Shown piece by piece: positions 29,823 to 64,000 of a stretch of 64,000 bases of DNA (the first letter of the stretch is position 1; the number at the start of each line of letters is the position of its first letter). The notes under the pieces are model-generated. The model was not told the origin of the DNA. It saw nothing but the letters and a program-made list of their open reading frames with translations, and searched no databases. Location of the stretch: the NCBI GenBank assembly GCA_051294375.1, contig CM119270.1, positions 12,089,676-12,153,675 of the forward strand, written 5' to 3'. The stretch comes from Paraspadella gotoi (Eukaryota > Animalia > Chaetognatha). The translations under genes and the position numbers were made by a program.

Positions 29823-30562
29823 TTCGGACAACGAGAAACTTACCCGGCAAGAAAAGCTTCCATTTACTGATCCCCTTCTTTTTTTTTTCGTTCGATTTTT
29901 CTCTCAAGTTTTGAATTTTCAAAAAAAGATTTAATTGGTTTTTATTTTGGAAAAAAGAAAGAAAAGAAAAAGGCTAATCGCCTCTGATTCTTTTCCACTT
30001 CAAGACTCAATTAGGATCGATCGACCAGTTTTTTTTTTTCTTTTTTTTTAATTTCTTTTTCTCGGATTTTCTTTTCCGCCATCGGGGATCAAAAACCAGA
30101 TTTTTCCAATCCAGGAAAAAACTGTGTCGTCGGGAAAAAAAAACTCTTCTCGATCGGGCGATAAAGTAACTTTTGTTTAATTAAACCACTCCTATGTAGT
30201 ATGTAATATGAAAGTATCTGTATACTTTCAAGTTACTTTAATTATAAAAGTACACTGATTTAAAAGTATAAGGATTAAGGATTAAGTGGTTCGTCGACCC
30301 GCATCTATTTTGTGAATAGTGCCCGTCGACCTGCGTCCGATTCTTAACGACCACTGTCCCAAATTTCCAACTACTTTTTTTTCGCTTTGTCTCCTTAGTA
30401 CTTCTGCGATCAAAATCTCAATCATTCTCGACTCAACATGATCTCAACGACCTCACCTATCCTAAATCCGCATTAAAACTTACCCGCCATCGCGCGTCCT
30501 TTCCAACTCACCTCAACGTCCAGATTTCAAATCTCGTCAGCCACGCCCTCTTTCAGGACGCC

Positions 30563-31050
30563 ATGTCGTCGCCGCCGCTGGGACGGCGTCTCGGTGCGCG
30601 TCTCCGGCGCAGCCTCCGGTCCATGAGACGCGTCCGTCTCGAGACGCTGGCGTTGGCGCCGGTGATGATTTTGGCGACGCCCACATCGCCGACGCAGCGT
30701 CACAAGGCCCCGTCTGTTTTCTCCGTCGAAACGCTCGTCGACGGTGGCGGGGGAGGAGGAGGAGGAGGAGGAGGAAGAGAGGACGAAGGCTGGTGGGAGA
30801 ACGGATGGAGATTGAGTCGCGGGTCGGAATTTGAAGGTGAGTGAGGGTAAGGGATTATGGTAATGGTGGGGGACACGTTTATAAACACCACCATAAATAA
30901 AAACGTAAACAAACGACAGATACTTTTGGAAAAAAGATGAACTACGAGTAAAATTAAAAATGAATGAAATATTTTTTCTGTTTTCCCAACAGATTTCGAA
31001 ACCTTACCCCCCTGCTCCTTCCCCCACTCTGACTCAATCGACGCTGCGGC

Positions 31051-31104
<54 letters not shown>

Positions 31105-31479
31105 AAACTCGACCGCCTCGCCCAAAATCCCCGACGCCCTCGAATCCAGTCGAGACTCCGGAATTTCCACCGCCTCTTCAGTCGATCGCGACGCCATCTT
31201 CCCGGAACTTTCCGACGTCGCGGTCACGCCCATCTACGCGGCGCCCTCAGACATTGACGGAACGTTGGAAGAGTCCGTCAAGGAGGATTTCGAAGGCGCC
31301 TTCCACTCGAGACTAGAACGAGCGCTCGACGAGAAGATCCGAAGAAGCTTCGACGACGCGGAGAAGAAATATGGAGAGGAGAGCGGAGGAGAAGTCGGGC
31401 GGAGGCATTCCGTGGATGTGGAGACAGTGTCGCCGACAATCTTGAGGAAACCAACGCTGTTGCAAAGATCGTTTAGGTG

Positions 31480-31515
<36 letters not shown>

Positions 31516-32722
31516 AGAAGAGAAGTGTGAAGAGAGAGAGAGAAAGAAGAGAGAGAGAGAGAGAGAGAGGGGAATTACTGCAACTCTAATTGTTCAATAC
31601 TCTTTCCTCGTTTCAGAGCGATCGTTGACACGGGTTCCTTTGCCAGAAATTCCTTCAGACGAAATCCCTACGCGGATTTGGACACAGAGAAAACACGCGA
31701 GGGAGAAGGTAAGTTCTTTCGAACTAAAGAGTAAGGTTTTATTGCGTTGTTGTTAATTAATAATATTACTTTAGCAGAAGAGAACAAATCCTCGCCATAT
31801 TCGTTGCCAAAGTCTCCGTCGTCGTCGTCGTCGTCATCGCCGTCGCCGTCTTCCCCGATTCATTGGTTGCGACATTCGTCTTTTATATCGTCTTTCCTTG
31901 ACAACGACGACAACAACAACTACGCGACGTCCATGGAAGACCCAACGAAAGCAAAGACGCCGCCGACGCTGCCGTCAGACGCAGCAGAAGCTGCAGCGCC
32001 GGTGTCTGTTCTTCCAGACTCGGACGAAGAATCGGCGAACGATTTGATCCCGATGGAGAACAAACTTCGACGATCCGTTCGAAGGGCGAAGAAGACGGTG
32101 GAGATCTGGACTTCGAGGAGGAAGAGGAGGAGCGAGGAGACGAGGAATGAGGAGGAAGAAGAAGAGGGGGAGGAGGAAGGGTCGGAGAGAAGCGAGGAGG
32201 GAGAGAAGGAACTTTCAATCGCCGACGACAATATCGACGAAGCCGACGCCGATAACGTTGATTCCAGTCGCACCGGCGCCGTCGTTTATCACCGGCGCGC
32301 CTCTGAGCGGCGTCGCGACTGGCGCGAACGGCGGAGTCGAAGATCGGAGCCTTCCAAATTGGAAAGAGATATAGCTAAGTTTCTTTCCATGTTTGTTAGT
32401 CACGATGTGATACACTGAAACTGATTTTTCTTTTTTTTTTGTCAATTCGTTTCTGTTAACTTTAAATTATTTTTTTCTTACAATGTTGACCGTGCTTTCA
32501 ATTAATGGGCTGCTTGTCTTGCTTCCGTTTGCAGATGTGAATAAATTCGCTTTCTACCAACAGGAACAAAAACCGTCGTCTCGTCGCGGATCGGAGGATT
32601 TCAAGGATTGGTTGGAGATCAAGAAATCATTCGACGAATCAGTGGAGAGATACGATTTTCACGGCGGAACCACTTTCATGTTTTCCGGGATCCCGGGTTA
32701 CGGTCTCTTCGAAAAATCGTAG
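30563..32722 (+). CDS. Uncharacterised low-complexity, probably disordered protein
   Basis: GC-rich exons 30563-30836, 30993-31476, 31617-31708 and 31775/31778 to ~32374 join in frame through canonical splice sites. A probable last exon 32535-32722 encodes DVNKFAFYQQEQK...GYGLFEKS*. The product has Gly, Ala, Ser and Glu runs and many RRxS motifs; I recognise no domain. Confidence 0.65.
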
Positions 32723-33286
32723 ATTAATAATCAAAGTTTTTACTTTTTAGTGCAAAAAAATTATTAACGTACATATTTGTTCCGTTTAATGTTGGTTTTT
32801 TTGCGGTATAATTCGCAATGTTCAATTTGGGAAAGTGGATTTACCCGTACGAATTTATTTTGATTAGAGTAATCATTTTTGTGTACAGTTATATGTGTTC
32901 TTACAATTGTGTTACATCCATGAAAAGATTAAATTAAAACACTTTGAATCTTGTTTGACTTTTATGTCGGACACGAAAAGGTATCAGATAAGCAGGGCTA
33001 ACAGATGATTGAGAATCTTTATCGCAATGGTAGTCAGAGATTAACCTGGCACGGCGTGCAATAAGGGAGAGAGCGAATTCAAGTCAGCTGAGATTTTTGT
33101 CAAATACAAAAACTTAAAATATGCAAAATAAAATTAGTTGTTGTTATATCTGATGTTAATATATTTAGTGCCCTGAACGCAATGTCACGGCCTAGAGACA
33201 ACAAATCGCTCTTCAGATTTTATCTGCAAACTCGCAAACTTTTCCAATAATTCAAAAGTCGAGAGAAGACGACGAAATTTACCTCG

Positions 33287-33333
<47 letters not shown>

Positions 33334-33495
33334 TACACGAAGTTTACCGATAAACAACGAAAATTGGCGACCAGAACCAAAACAAGAAAAATAAATGTTT
33401 GCGCTATTAAAGTTGCAAACAAGGCGTCAACATCAAGCGCCACTCCGTCATAAATAACAATAATAACTAAAATCATTTTATTGTCGCCAAAGACG

Positions 33496-35865
33496 ATGAC
33501 GACCTCAACGACGCCATGGAACGCCAACACCAACGCCAACGCCAACGCCAACGCGTCTCTATTCTGCTCCAACGACTTCAACAGCTCTTGTCACTACGAG
33601 ACGCAATACTCTGACTTTTCCACGATAATTTTAGATTACATCTCCGCCTCGGCGATTCTCTTGGGTCTGATTCTCAATTCCCTCGCCATTGCGGTCTTCA
33701 GTAGGATGAAGGCGCTCAGGTGATGAGATGAGATTTCTTTTAAAAATATCTCACTTTCAGTTATGCGCATGGGTATGATTTAGGTCTATAATTAGTGACC
33801 TTGAAGCGGGCATTGTCCAAGTTGACTCTGTTTTTACCCTGTTGCCCATCACGAGGTTCCGGGTTTGGTCCCAACCCTTAACATCTTTTTTTAAAACCAT
33901 TACCTGAAGTTCTTATAAAATCCCTACCTTTTTTTCCTCACACACCCCACCGGTTTTGTGGCCTCCCACTTACCTTCCAACCTGATCCCAGCAAGGACTC
34001 CCGCGTGATTCTGATCGCCGTCTCGGCCGCGGACTGTTGGTACACCCTCAACCACCTTTTGTTCATCGTCCTTCCCAAATTCGCCGTCAGAAGGCACAAC
34101 GAGTTCTATTTGACGCAATTCTCCAAAGCCTTTCACGTTTTCTATTGGTTCAATCACACCTCAAGAATCATCAGAGGTTCTACAAATAGTGGTTGGGAGT
34201 ATGACGACGTTCCGATGCAATGGAAAAAGTCAAAAGAATAATAACAATTAAATTAAATGTATATTTAGAGAATGATATCGAAATGTCATTGACTATATAA
34301 CATTGCAATTCTAACAGAATTTGGTGAATATAGATAGAATTGCACGTAATCATTTAAAATTCACTCACAGTATGGCTGTTGGTGGTGCTGTCAACGGACC
34401 GTTTGTCTGTCTGCCACCCGACCCTTTTTCATCCGCCCAAGGAAGGGTCTGCTTCAACGCCTCTTCATCCTTGTGTTGTTGTCACCGCTTTCGTTGCAAA
34501 CGTTCCGAGGATGTATGAACAAGATGGAGGTAAAGTTCCTTATTATGAATATCTATCTCGATAAATAATTTATTCTCTCTATCTATCGTTGACGTAAGGT
34601 CCATTCCGTTGATGCCATCAGTCCGACCGTTAGCCGTGGCAATAATAACCAATCGTTTCCCAGGTCATTTTCTCCGGCTGGAATGAGTCATTGCCAGACA
34701 CGTCGCCCATCGTTTTTTGCCGAACCATATGGAATTGTCCTTACACCATCGTGTACGCGACGGCGATAGACTTTCTGTTTAAGGTAAGTTACGTATGACA
34801 TCGCGAAACAATTTATTTTGCTAAAAATTCACTTGATTAAACCCGAATCGTATCATAATTTGAGGCGAGGTCTAAACAATGGGGCCTTGGTTGACAAATA
34901 TTGAATCGGTTACTGTATTAAGTGCTGTTATGTAGAATCTTGTAGAATAAAACAAAGAAAACAACATATTTTCGGTGTTCCCAGTACATCGTGCCACACA
35001 TCCTGCTCACCGCTTTTGCCGCGCATATCCTCATCGTGCTTCGGACGCGGACAGCCAGAGGTCGTGTTTGCGGCGTTGGTTGCGGCAACGGCGAGCACAA
35101 ATGGATAGGATGTCTTCCCTCAAGTTGCTGCGGCACCAAGACGAGTTGCGGCAACTGCGGCGGAAACCCCGTCCTCACTCCCAAAAGAAACAAGCGACTC
35201 GTCAGAAGTTGCTCCGAAAATTTCATGCAAAAATCGTTCAACGTTAACAAGATGTGCATTACGATTGTAACAGGTGCGTAATGAGAGAGAAGGAGAGAAA
35301 CATTGAGTGAATGTCTGAACTCATTCATGCAGTCTGTCTCATCTTTCGAACGCCTTTGGCCGTGAGAAATTTCTCTTACATGTCAAAATACATCGATTTG
35401 TACTGCAATGGAGGGGAGGGGAGCTGCCTCAAAGAGGTAAGACTGGTCATTTTGTATTCTAGATTTCATATGAACTTTCAAATGGTCATTAAAAAGTGTT
35501 CAACAATTATTTGTTAGAATGATAAACTCACATTATTACGTAGTACACACTAAATTAATAATTCTTTTTCGTCTGAACATATCTCCAGTCTTGATATGAT
35601 TTTTTAAGATCATCTCTGTCTTCAACAAATTTGTCCTCAGGACGAGCTGTTCTTCAGCATCTGCACGAACCTCAACGTTGTGGAGGCGAGCCTCTCAAAC
35701 TTCTTTATCTACTGCATCTACAGTTCGGCCTTTGCCGCCGAGCTGAAGGCCATCTTCTGCGGACGTTGTCGGCGACGAAAACGGCACACCTCATGGAGGG
35801 TCACAGAGTCTAGCAAAGTGTGCCCAAGTGTCCAGAGGATCACGTCGGATAAGAGCAACATGTGA
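33496..35865 (+). CDS. Rhodopsin-class (class A) GPCR, invertebrate neuropeptide-receptor-like (FMRFamide/sex-peptide-receptor group)
   Basis: Exons 33496-33719, 33992-34176, 34371-34529, 34664-34783, 34985-35273, 35333-35436, 35641-35865. N-glycosylation sequons in the N-terminus (NAS, NSS); TM1 GLILNSLAIAVF; TM2 LIAVSAAD; TM3 VWLLVVLSTDR..VCHP; TM4 NVPRMYE; TM5 YIVPHILL; TM6 CLIFRTP; TM7 SNFFIYCIYSSAF. There is a phase mismatch between exons 3 and 4. Confidence 0.85.
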
Positions 35866-36502
35866 AACAAGGAATGGAATGCGGAATGATTAGGAAAAGC
35901 TAGTTTGGAAGCTGGAATGTAAAGGACGATCTGAATATGTATATTGTATAATATACGTATATCCGGGTGTTTGCGCATTTGAGATAATGAATGTTTTTGA
36001 TTTTGTGTCACTCCATGTCCTAAATTGCAAAGTATAAATTTGGAAACGGATGTCTTGCTTTAGCTTTACAGCCTTCTGACGGATCCTACTTTATAAAATA
36101 CATATGTAGATATATTTTAAAATTTATAATGACGGATGTCTCAAGCTGATTCTGTACGACGTTCAGTTTTCAATTCTTTCTGTGATTTAATGAAGAAATG
36201 TCTTAAATAACTATATATAAAAGTACTTAGTAAATGAGAACATAGGTCGTCGGACGAGCTATTTCGCTGGTGCGTGATTCCCCGTCATCTACGCCTTCAA
36301 TATCGAAACGAGTTTCTCGTTTCTCTTTCGATCTTTCGGTCTCTCGATCTTTCGATTCCAAATCCTCAAATTTAAAAAGAAAAACAGGTTTTAGTCACAG
36401 TGAGTTTATTTCTTTTTCATTTTTTTCTTCGAGAGCTCCAGAGGTTGGTCATTATCTTGCGGACCATTAAAGGGTAGGCGCGGCTCCGAACGGGTTCTCG
36501 TT

Positions 36503-36609
<107 letters not shown>

Positions 36610-37771
36610 TCATTTGCCAAACCGAAACCTCGAAAAACTTATCTTTTTCAAAATGTGAATTCGGTCGTAAGTGTTAGAATGAAAGTAGGTCAACAATTTT
36701 GTTAACAACATCGACGTAATAATAATTATTTGAATAAGAAATTCTCTTGTAGGGGGAAAAACCGACTTGGTTCATAATCGTTGAGATCAACAGTACTAAT
36801 ATTTATATAGTAAATACAGTAGCGTATATCGATTTAACAAAAGAAAACGTGGTGGAAAAATATTCGAGAGTGTCATCAAAAATAGTCGATGTATAATATA
36901 GTAATAGTAATACATAACCACTCTGGTAAATTGTAAAGCAATGAAGGCGACCCGAAAGGAAATTAAGAAATGTCGGACTTGTTTTATTAATCGTTTTTCC
37001 TTTAAGATTTCTGGACGCTGAGTTTAAATCCGATATTCCTTTTTTCCTGTTAAGCGAAATAAATTAGGGCATAACTTTGCTTTAAGTGACTCGCACGTTT
37101 AAATCCATAATGTATTTAAACTCAAAACCGAGAACCTAAACTTATTACCATCATTTTCGAAATGATTCGAATTCTTTGCTTTCTTCTTCAAGTTCCGTTT
37201 TCGTGAAATAAGATCAAATACATTATACATTTTACAAATCATAACTTCATGTATTTTTGTTTCATATATTGAGAATTGACATTTTTGTTTTGTTTTGGCC
37301 ACAACGAAGGAATTTGAGATATAAATTGAGAATCACGAAACATGGAGCATTTGGCGGAACGAAATTTCGGTGGAATGCCGGTTGTAAATTTATTTTTTTT
37401 GTTAGAGTAGGCCCTGGGTCAGAAAAATAAACAAAATTTAAAAACAGACCCAGACGCAGTGGGGTATTTCCAAATGAGTTGGATTGAGTGAGAAAGTTGT
37501 TTATCCTACCCGGTTTGACCCTCGAAAAAAGAGTTGAAAGGGTGAAAATTTTGGTTACTTTATAAGCGAGAGGAAATGTTCTTGGCACAAAAATCGTAGG
37601 ACGACAAATTAGAGAAAAACGAGAAATGAATCAAACGAAAACCTTTTTTTTTATCCCGTCGTAATTAAAAAAAAACAAAAACAACTGAGTTTTAATTTGT
37701 AAAACTAAATTTAGCATGAGAATCTATTTCCGTTATATATATTCTCAATTTTGCGGGTTTGGACGACTGCG

Positions 37772-59872
<22,101 letters not shown>

Positions 59873-60305
59873 CCTTTTTTGAAGGAAGGAGGACGAGGAG
59901 GCGGAGGGGTAGAAAATGTTGTGGATGAGTATGAAGACGAATTTCGGGTTTAGTCGATGAATTGTTCGGTTTCCATGGTAACGCGTATTTTTTGGGTTTG
60001 TAATTAAGATTTGGTTTGTTATTTCTCTTTTTTGGTTTAAATAGGATGCTTTTCTAAATAGGGTTTTTTGTATAACTGAAAAAGACAAAGGAATTTAGGA
60101 TGAAATGTAATATAGCAATGGAATTTTGAATTTAGATAATAAATAATATTGGCTAAGGCGCTAGAATAATACGTACAAACAAATTCGAATAAAAAGAAAA
60201 TAAGGGGAGGACATCAACTCTGAAGAAAAACGGAATGTGAAATAATGAGAAGAAAGAAAAAACAGATGAAGAAAGAAAGATGCGAGAGAGATAGAGATAG
60301 AGAGA

Positions 60306-60353
<48 letters not shown>

Positions 60354-61099
60354 GAAGAGAATTACTCTTATTGGCCGCGGCCTAATGAAGTAGAGTTGAT
60401 TGCGTATCTTCTTCTTGTATTGGTTTATCCGAAGACGAAACTTTTTTTATGGCGAAAACTGGATGGAGAAGAAATTCAAATAGAGGAAAAAAAAGAAATA
60501 AAACTGACTAGAAAAAAAAAACGTTTTAAAATAAATAAAGAAACTAACAAAGAGAATATTTTTTTCGGAGAAAAAAAACACCAAGAGGACTCTCTTTGCT
60601 ACTATTATATAAACGTTTCAATTATAGAATCCTGCATTAAAAATTAACAAAGCAAAAACGAAAGAAAATTAAAGATAATTTGTTACGAAATAACTATCTC
60701 TAATATTCGAGGAAAATCCTGCGTTCTCTACCTTTTCCCCGTTGCTCTTTTGCTCTTTATTACTGACATCGAAAATGCCACGTTCTAGCGATCGACACGA
60801 CATCTTTAGGCTTTCTCTTTTGTTTATACCTAAGTACAGAATTCCGAAGGCAGTGTACAGCTGATTCTGATTGGTGCCCGTGATTTCTATAGATTTCGAT
60901 TAAAATTTTAATCGATTCTAGGCCACGTGGGCATCTTCAGATCATCAACGTGTCACTGGGTTTTTAGTTCTTTTCAGAGCATTAGAAACTTCTATTCAGA
61001 TTATCTCGGAATCTTATTTTTTGTGTGATCGCTGGTTTGGTGGACTTTCTATGAGAGAAGCATCTCTATATTTTGTATATTATTGGCTTCAGAAACAAG

Positions 61100-63960
61100 C
61101 TTCTAATGTTTTGAACTAAGGTTCGGAGAAGTGCTGTCCTTTGAATCTCTAACTGGGACTGGGCTAATTCTGCGGCATTGAAGACCAGGTGAATCGGGTA
61201 AAAAGGCGCAGAAGAGACGATGGCGCGGTCAAAAACGCCCTGGGAGATGATGACGAACAAAGCCGGTAGATGTCTTCATTAGAAGTCTTCGTTTGCGGAA
61301 CACCTGCTCAGTGCTTTCGTCGAAGGCTCTCTAATCCTCACGACTCGGCTCCACGTCGGGTTGTCCGGAGATCGTTGGCGGAAAGACAAAAATCGCCCGT
61401 CACCAGCCGTCGGCTGTCCTGCTAGGTGCCGAATGAATCGACTGGTTTCCATTCATCGGAGGTCCTTGCAACGCCTTCGACGGACGTAAGGATCCGGCGG
61501 CGCCTTCGGGACTTGCTTTCATTGCGATTTAGGGATCCTCGAACTAGCGACGACGCCGTCGAGCGTATTTTGGAGACGTTGACGGATTTTTGCGTCGCCG
61601 CTCCTTCTCGATATTTGCAGTGAGATTGAAGTTCGGATTTTGATTCGTTTTATTTCTTCAAACTTCTCGTCTTCGGCTGCAACCGACTTCGTGAAGCTTT
61701 TCCTGCGACTTCAACGCCGCCTTTAGTGCCCATCAGCGGCGACGAATAGGATCGCGGGAGAAACAGCGCGCCAGCATCAAATTGCGTTCGAGAAGCTCGA
61801 GTTCCGAAAGCCTCAGGGAAACTCCCCTTTCGGCGTCTTTTGTGGACCTCCGCGTTCGTTTGTAAGACGAGATTCAGCTCGCCTAGTGCGGCGAATGAGA
61901 AAGATATCGACAACTCAAGACGACCGACTGATACCCTCTCCCAAATTAGCCATCCGAAGATATCGACAAACCTTCTTCACGCGGACATGGCTCAACTCCC
62001 GACGAGGCCATCCCTTCAGGAATGCACATCTTCCTACGGAACCTCAACGTCGACCGGTGGTCGAGGCACAAGCGATGTACGATCGCGCCAAGGCCGCCCG
62101 ACGGAAGAAAACATCGCGGAGCCAACGCGGATAGATTCACTCTAAAGCAATTGTGAAGTGTCCGTTCCACGATTGCAAGGGTAGATGGAATGACGCAGGC
62201 CATTTGGAACTTTTGTCGGGAGCTCCTCGATCGCCCTCAGCAACATCCCTCCGGGCATTGCCGCCAGCTCGATTCGCGGGCGTAATTCTATGCGACACGT
62301 GTTTCATCCGGTGAAAGCATAGCGTCGACAGGACGCTCCCGTATCCGCCGCAGCACGGATGCACGACGATGCCCAGAAGAATCTAGAACTTAGACCGCCC
62401 AACCTCCTTCAGCTGAACCTCGACGCGACTACGCTGGCGTCCATCCGACCTTATCCCTCCACGGACTTCAAGAAGATGACGTCGAATCAAACAAGGTCAT
62501 TTCCGTGACGGCCGTGTTCGCGTTAGGATATCAGGACGAGAGAAAATAACAACTACCATTCAACTATCGATCGAGAATGGACATGAACTCGAATCTGACC
62601 CCTGATCGCCACAAGGTTTAGTCAGAGCTGCGACTGCGCTGCACAGGAACACGAAGAACAGATCCATCAAACATCACTGTCGCCAACAGAAACAGAGTGG
62701 TCGATATGAGAACTCTCGCTTCGCGCATGACGTGCGCAGGATTCTTGTACAGCATTCGACTCTTCAATGGAGCATCGGATATTATGCAGAGAGTTTGCGT
62801 GAATCGACGTGATGATCCGACGTGTGTGTACCGCGCGCCTGCGCGCCGAAAAACGCAAGGACGGAATGGAAAGAATTGAGAGAAGAAGTGAAGATTTTTC
62901 AGAGGCCGTTAGAACGTATTCTTTGGCGAAGTCGAGAGAGACCTGTTTCACGTCTTACGCCTTCAACGACATCGCGTACGGCCTGGAGCTGCGGTCGTGG
63001 CTCAATCACTCTCCCCCGTCTTGAGCCCTCTCTCCAACAGCTCGTCAACCGTCTTCAAACTCCACTTCCGTCGACGCATCAGTGTGTGAAAATAGCATCC
63101 GCCGGCATACCGGAAACATGGGAAGCGAGGAGGCGCGCGAGCGTTTGGAACGGAACCCGATGGCGTTCCGCCTGCCGCTGATCCGCCAAATCCGCAGTTC
63201 GTAACAATGGAGTTTTTGCGCGACGCATAAGGGAACTTTTTTAATGAAAGATTGCGTCGTGAGGCTTCTATTGAAAGAGACGTCACGCCGACTCTTGCGG
63301 CTTTAAACGTCTCTGTCGCCTCAAGGCATCAAACGGCGTCATCCTCTGATGCGGCGCCGTCCGAGGCAGCCTTCGTCCGCTCCGCTGCGATGGCGACGGG
63401 CTTCTTGGAGATTCAAGCTCAAACGCTCGCCTATCAAATGCTTCAGCAGCAACGCCCAAAGATCAAGGTCGACGAGACTTCGTCGCGTTTAGACTTTGAG
63501 CGTCAACTTCGCGATTTTAACGTCAGCGTCTGCGCGTTGGAGGCGCTACGGATCCAATAAAGTTGAAGGAGCTCCCCCATTGGTTCGACGGTCTTCCCAA
63601 GCGATCGATTGAACGATTTCTTTACGCAATCGGACGCAACCGGCGGCTCTTGGCGACGCCTCTTACCGTTCTCAAGAGAAAAATGGGGATGAAGGCGGAC
63701 GACGGCGGACGAGATGATTGAACAGATCCTCGCGGCCCTAGGCTCGATCGAAAGGACTCAGCGAGTCATTATGGTCTTCTGGTCACTTTGCAGCAGGTGT
63801 ACGACCTCGCGAAGGAAGACGGACCGACTTGCAGACCTCGACCGGGCGGCCGTGATGGCGGATCTGCTCTCCAAACGGATGCCTCACCTTTCAGATAAGT
63901 GGGCGAAAAAAGTGGTTATTTTTAGACAGAATCATAATTGGAACGACGATCTCTCTTTTT
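61100..63960 (+). mobile_element. Probable decayed mobile-element coding region (class not determined)
   Basis: About 3 kb with higher GC than the flanks, no microsatellites and no clear exon-intron structure. It holds broken ORF fragments separated by stops and frameshifts, including a Cys/His cluster (KCPFHDCKGRWNDAGHLE ~62155, CDTC ~62290) and helical gag-like fragments at 63250-63960. I see no RT, integrase or transposase motif. Confidence 0.4.
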
Positions 63961-64000
63961 AGTGATTTCTTGTCATTTTTTAGCCATAAACCAAGAGGTT

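Noticed and set aside
33796-33804. Perfect ERR response element (TGACCTTGA = TCAAGGTCA) in GPCR intron 1
   Set aside because: A single 9-mer is expected about 0.5 times by chance in 64 kb on two strands, so it is not evidence without ChIP or conservation.
33845-33875. tRNA/SINE B-box-like snippets (also ~26103 and ~29380)
   Set aside because: No cloverleaf or paired A-box could be built.

Overview
This is eukaryotic DNA from an invertebrate bilaterian. It is intron-rich, full of (AG)n and (GAC)n microsatellites, and comes from a gapped draft assembly. By hand-splicing I can support six protein-coding genes. (1) The 3' part of Wnt2 (+, 15118-21230). (2) A THEM6/hotdog-thioesterase-like gene nested antisense inside the 4.8-kb Wnt2 intron (-, 19108 to ~15946); the ORF track shows only fragments of it. 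(3) A cytoplasmic intermediate filament gene with a lamin-type long coil 1b but no tail domain (-, 25699-22406). (4) An orphan low-complexity gene (+, 30563-32722). (5) A rhodopsin-class peptide-receptor-like GPCR with a Cys-rich third intracellular loop (+, 33496-35865). (6) An 11-exon estrogen-related receptor, ERR (-, 59872-37772). About 10 kb is noisy direct or inverted re-copies beside N gaps (4858-11700, 50790-53937), most likely gap-filling artefacts. The last ~3 kb looks like a decayed mobile element. Family calls rest on recognising motifs from memory; no database search was run. No tRNA, rRNA or CRISPR array is supported.
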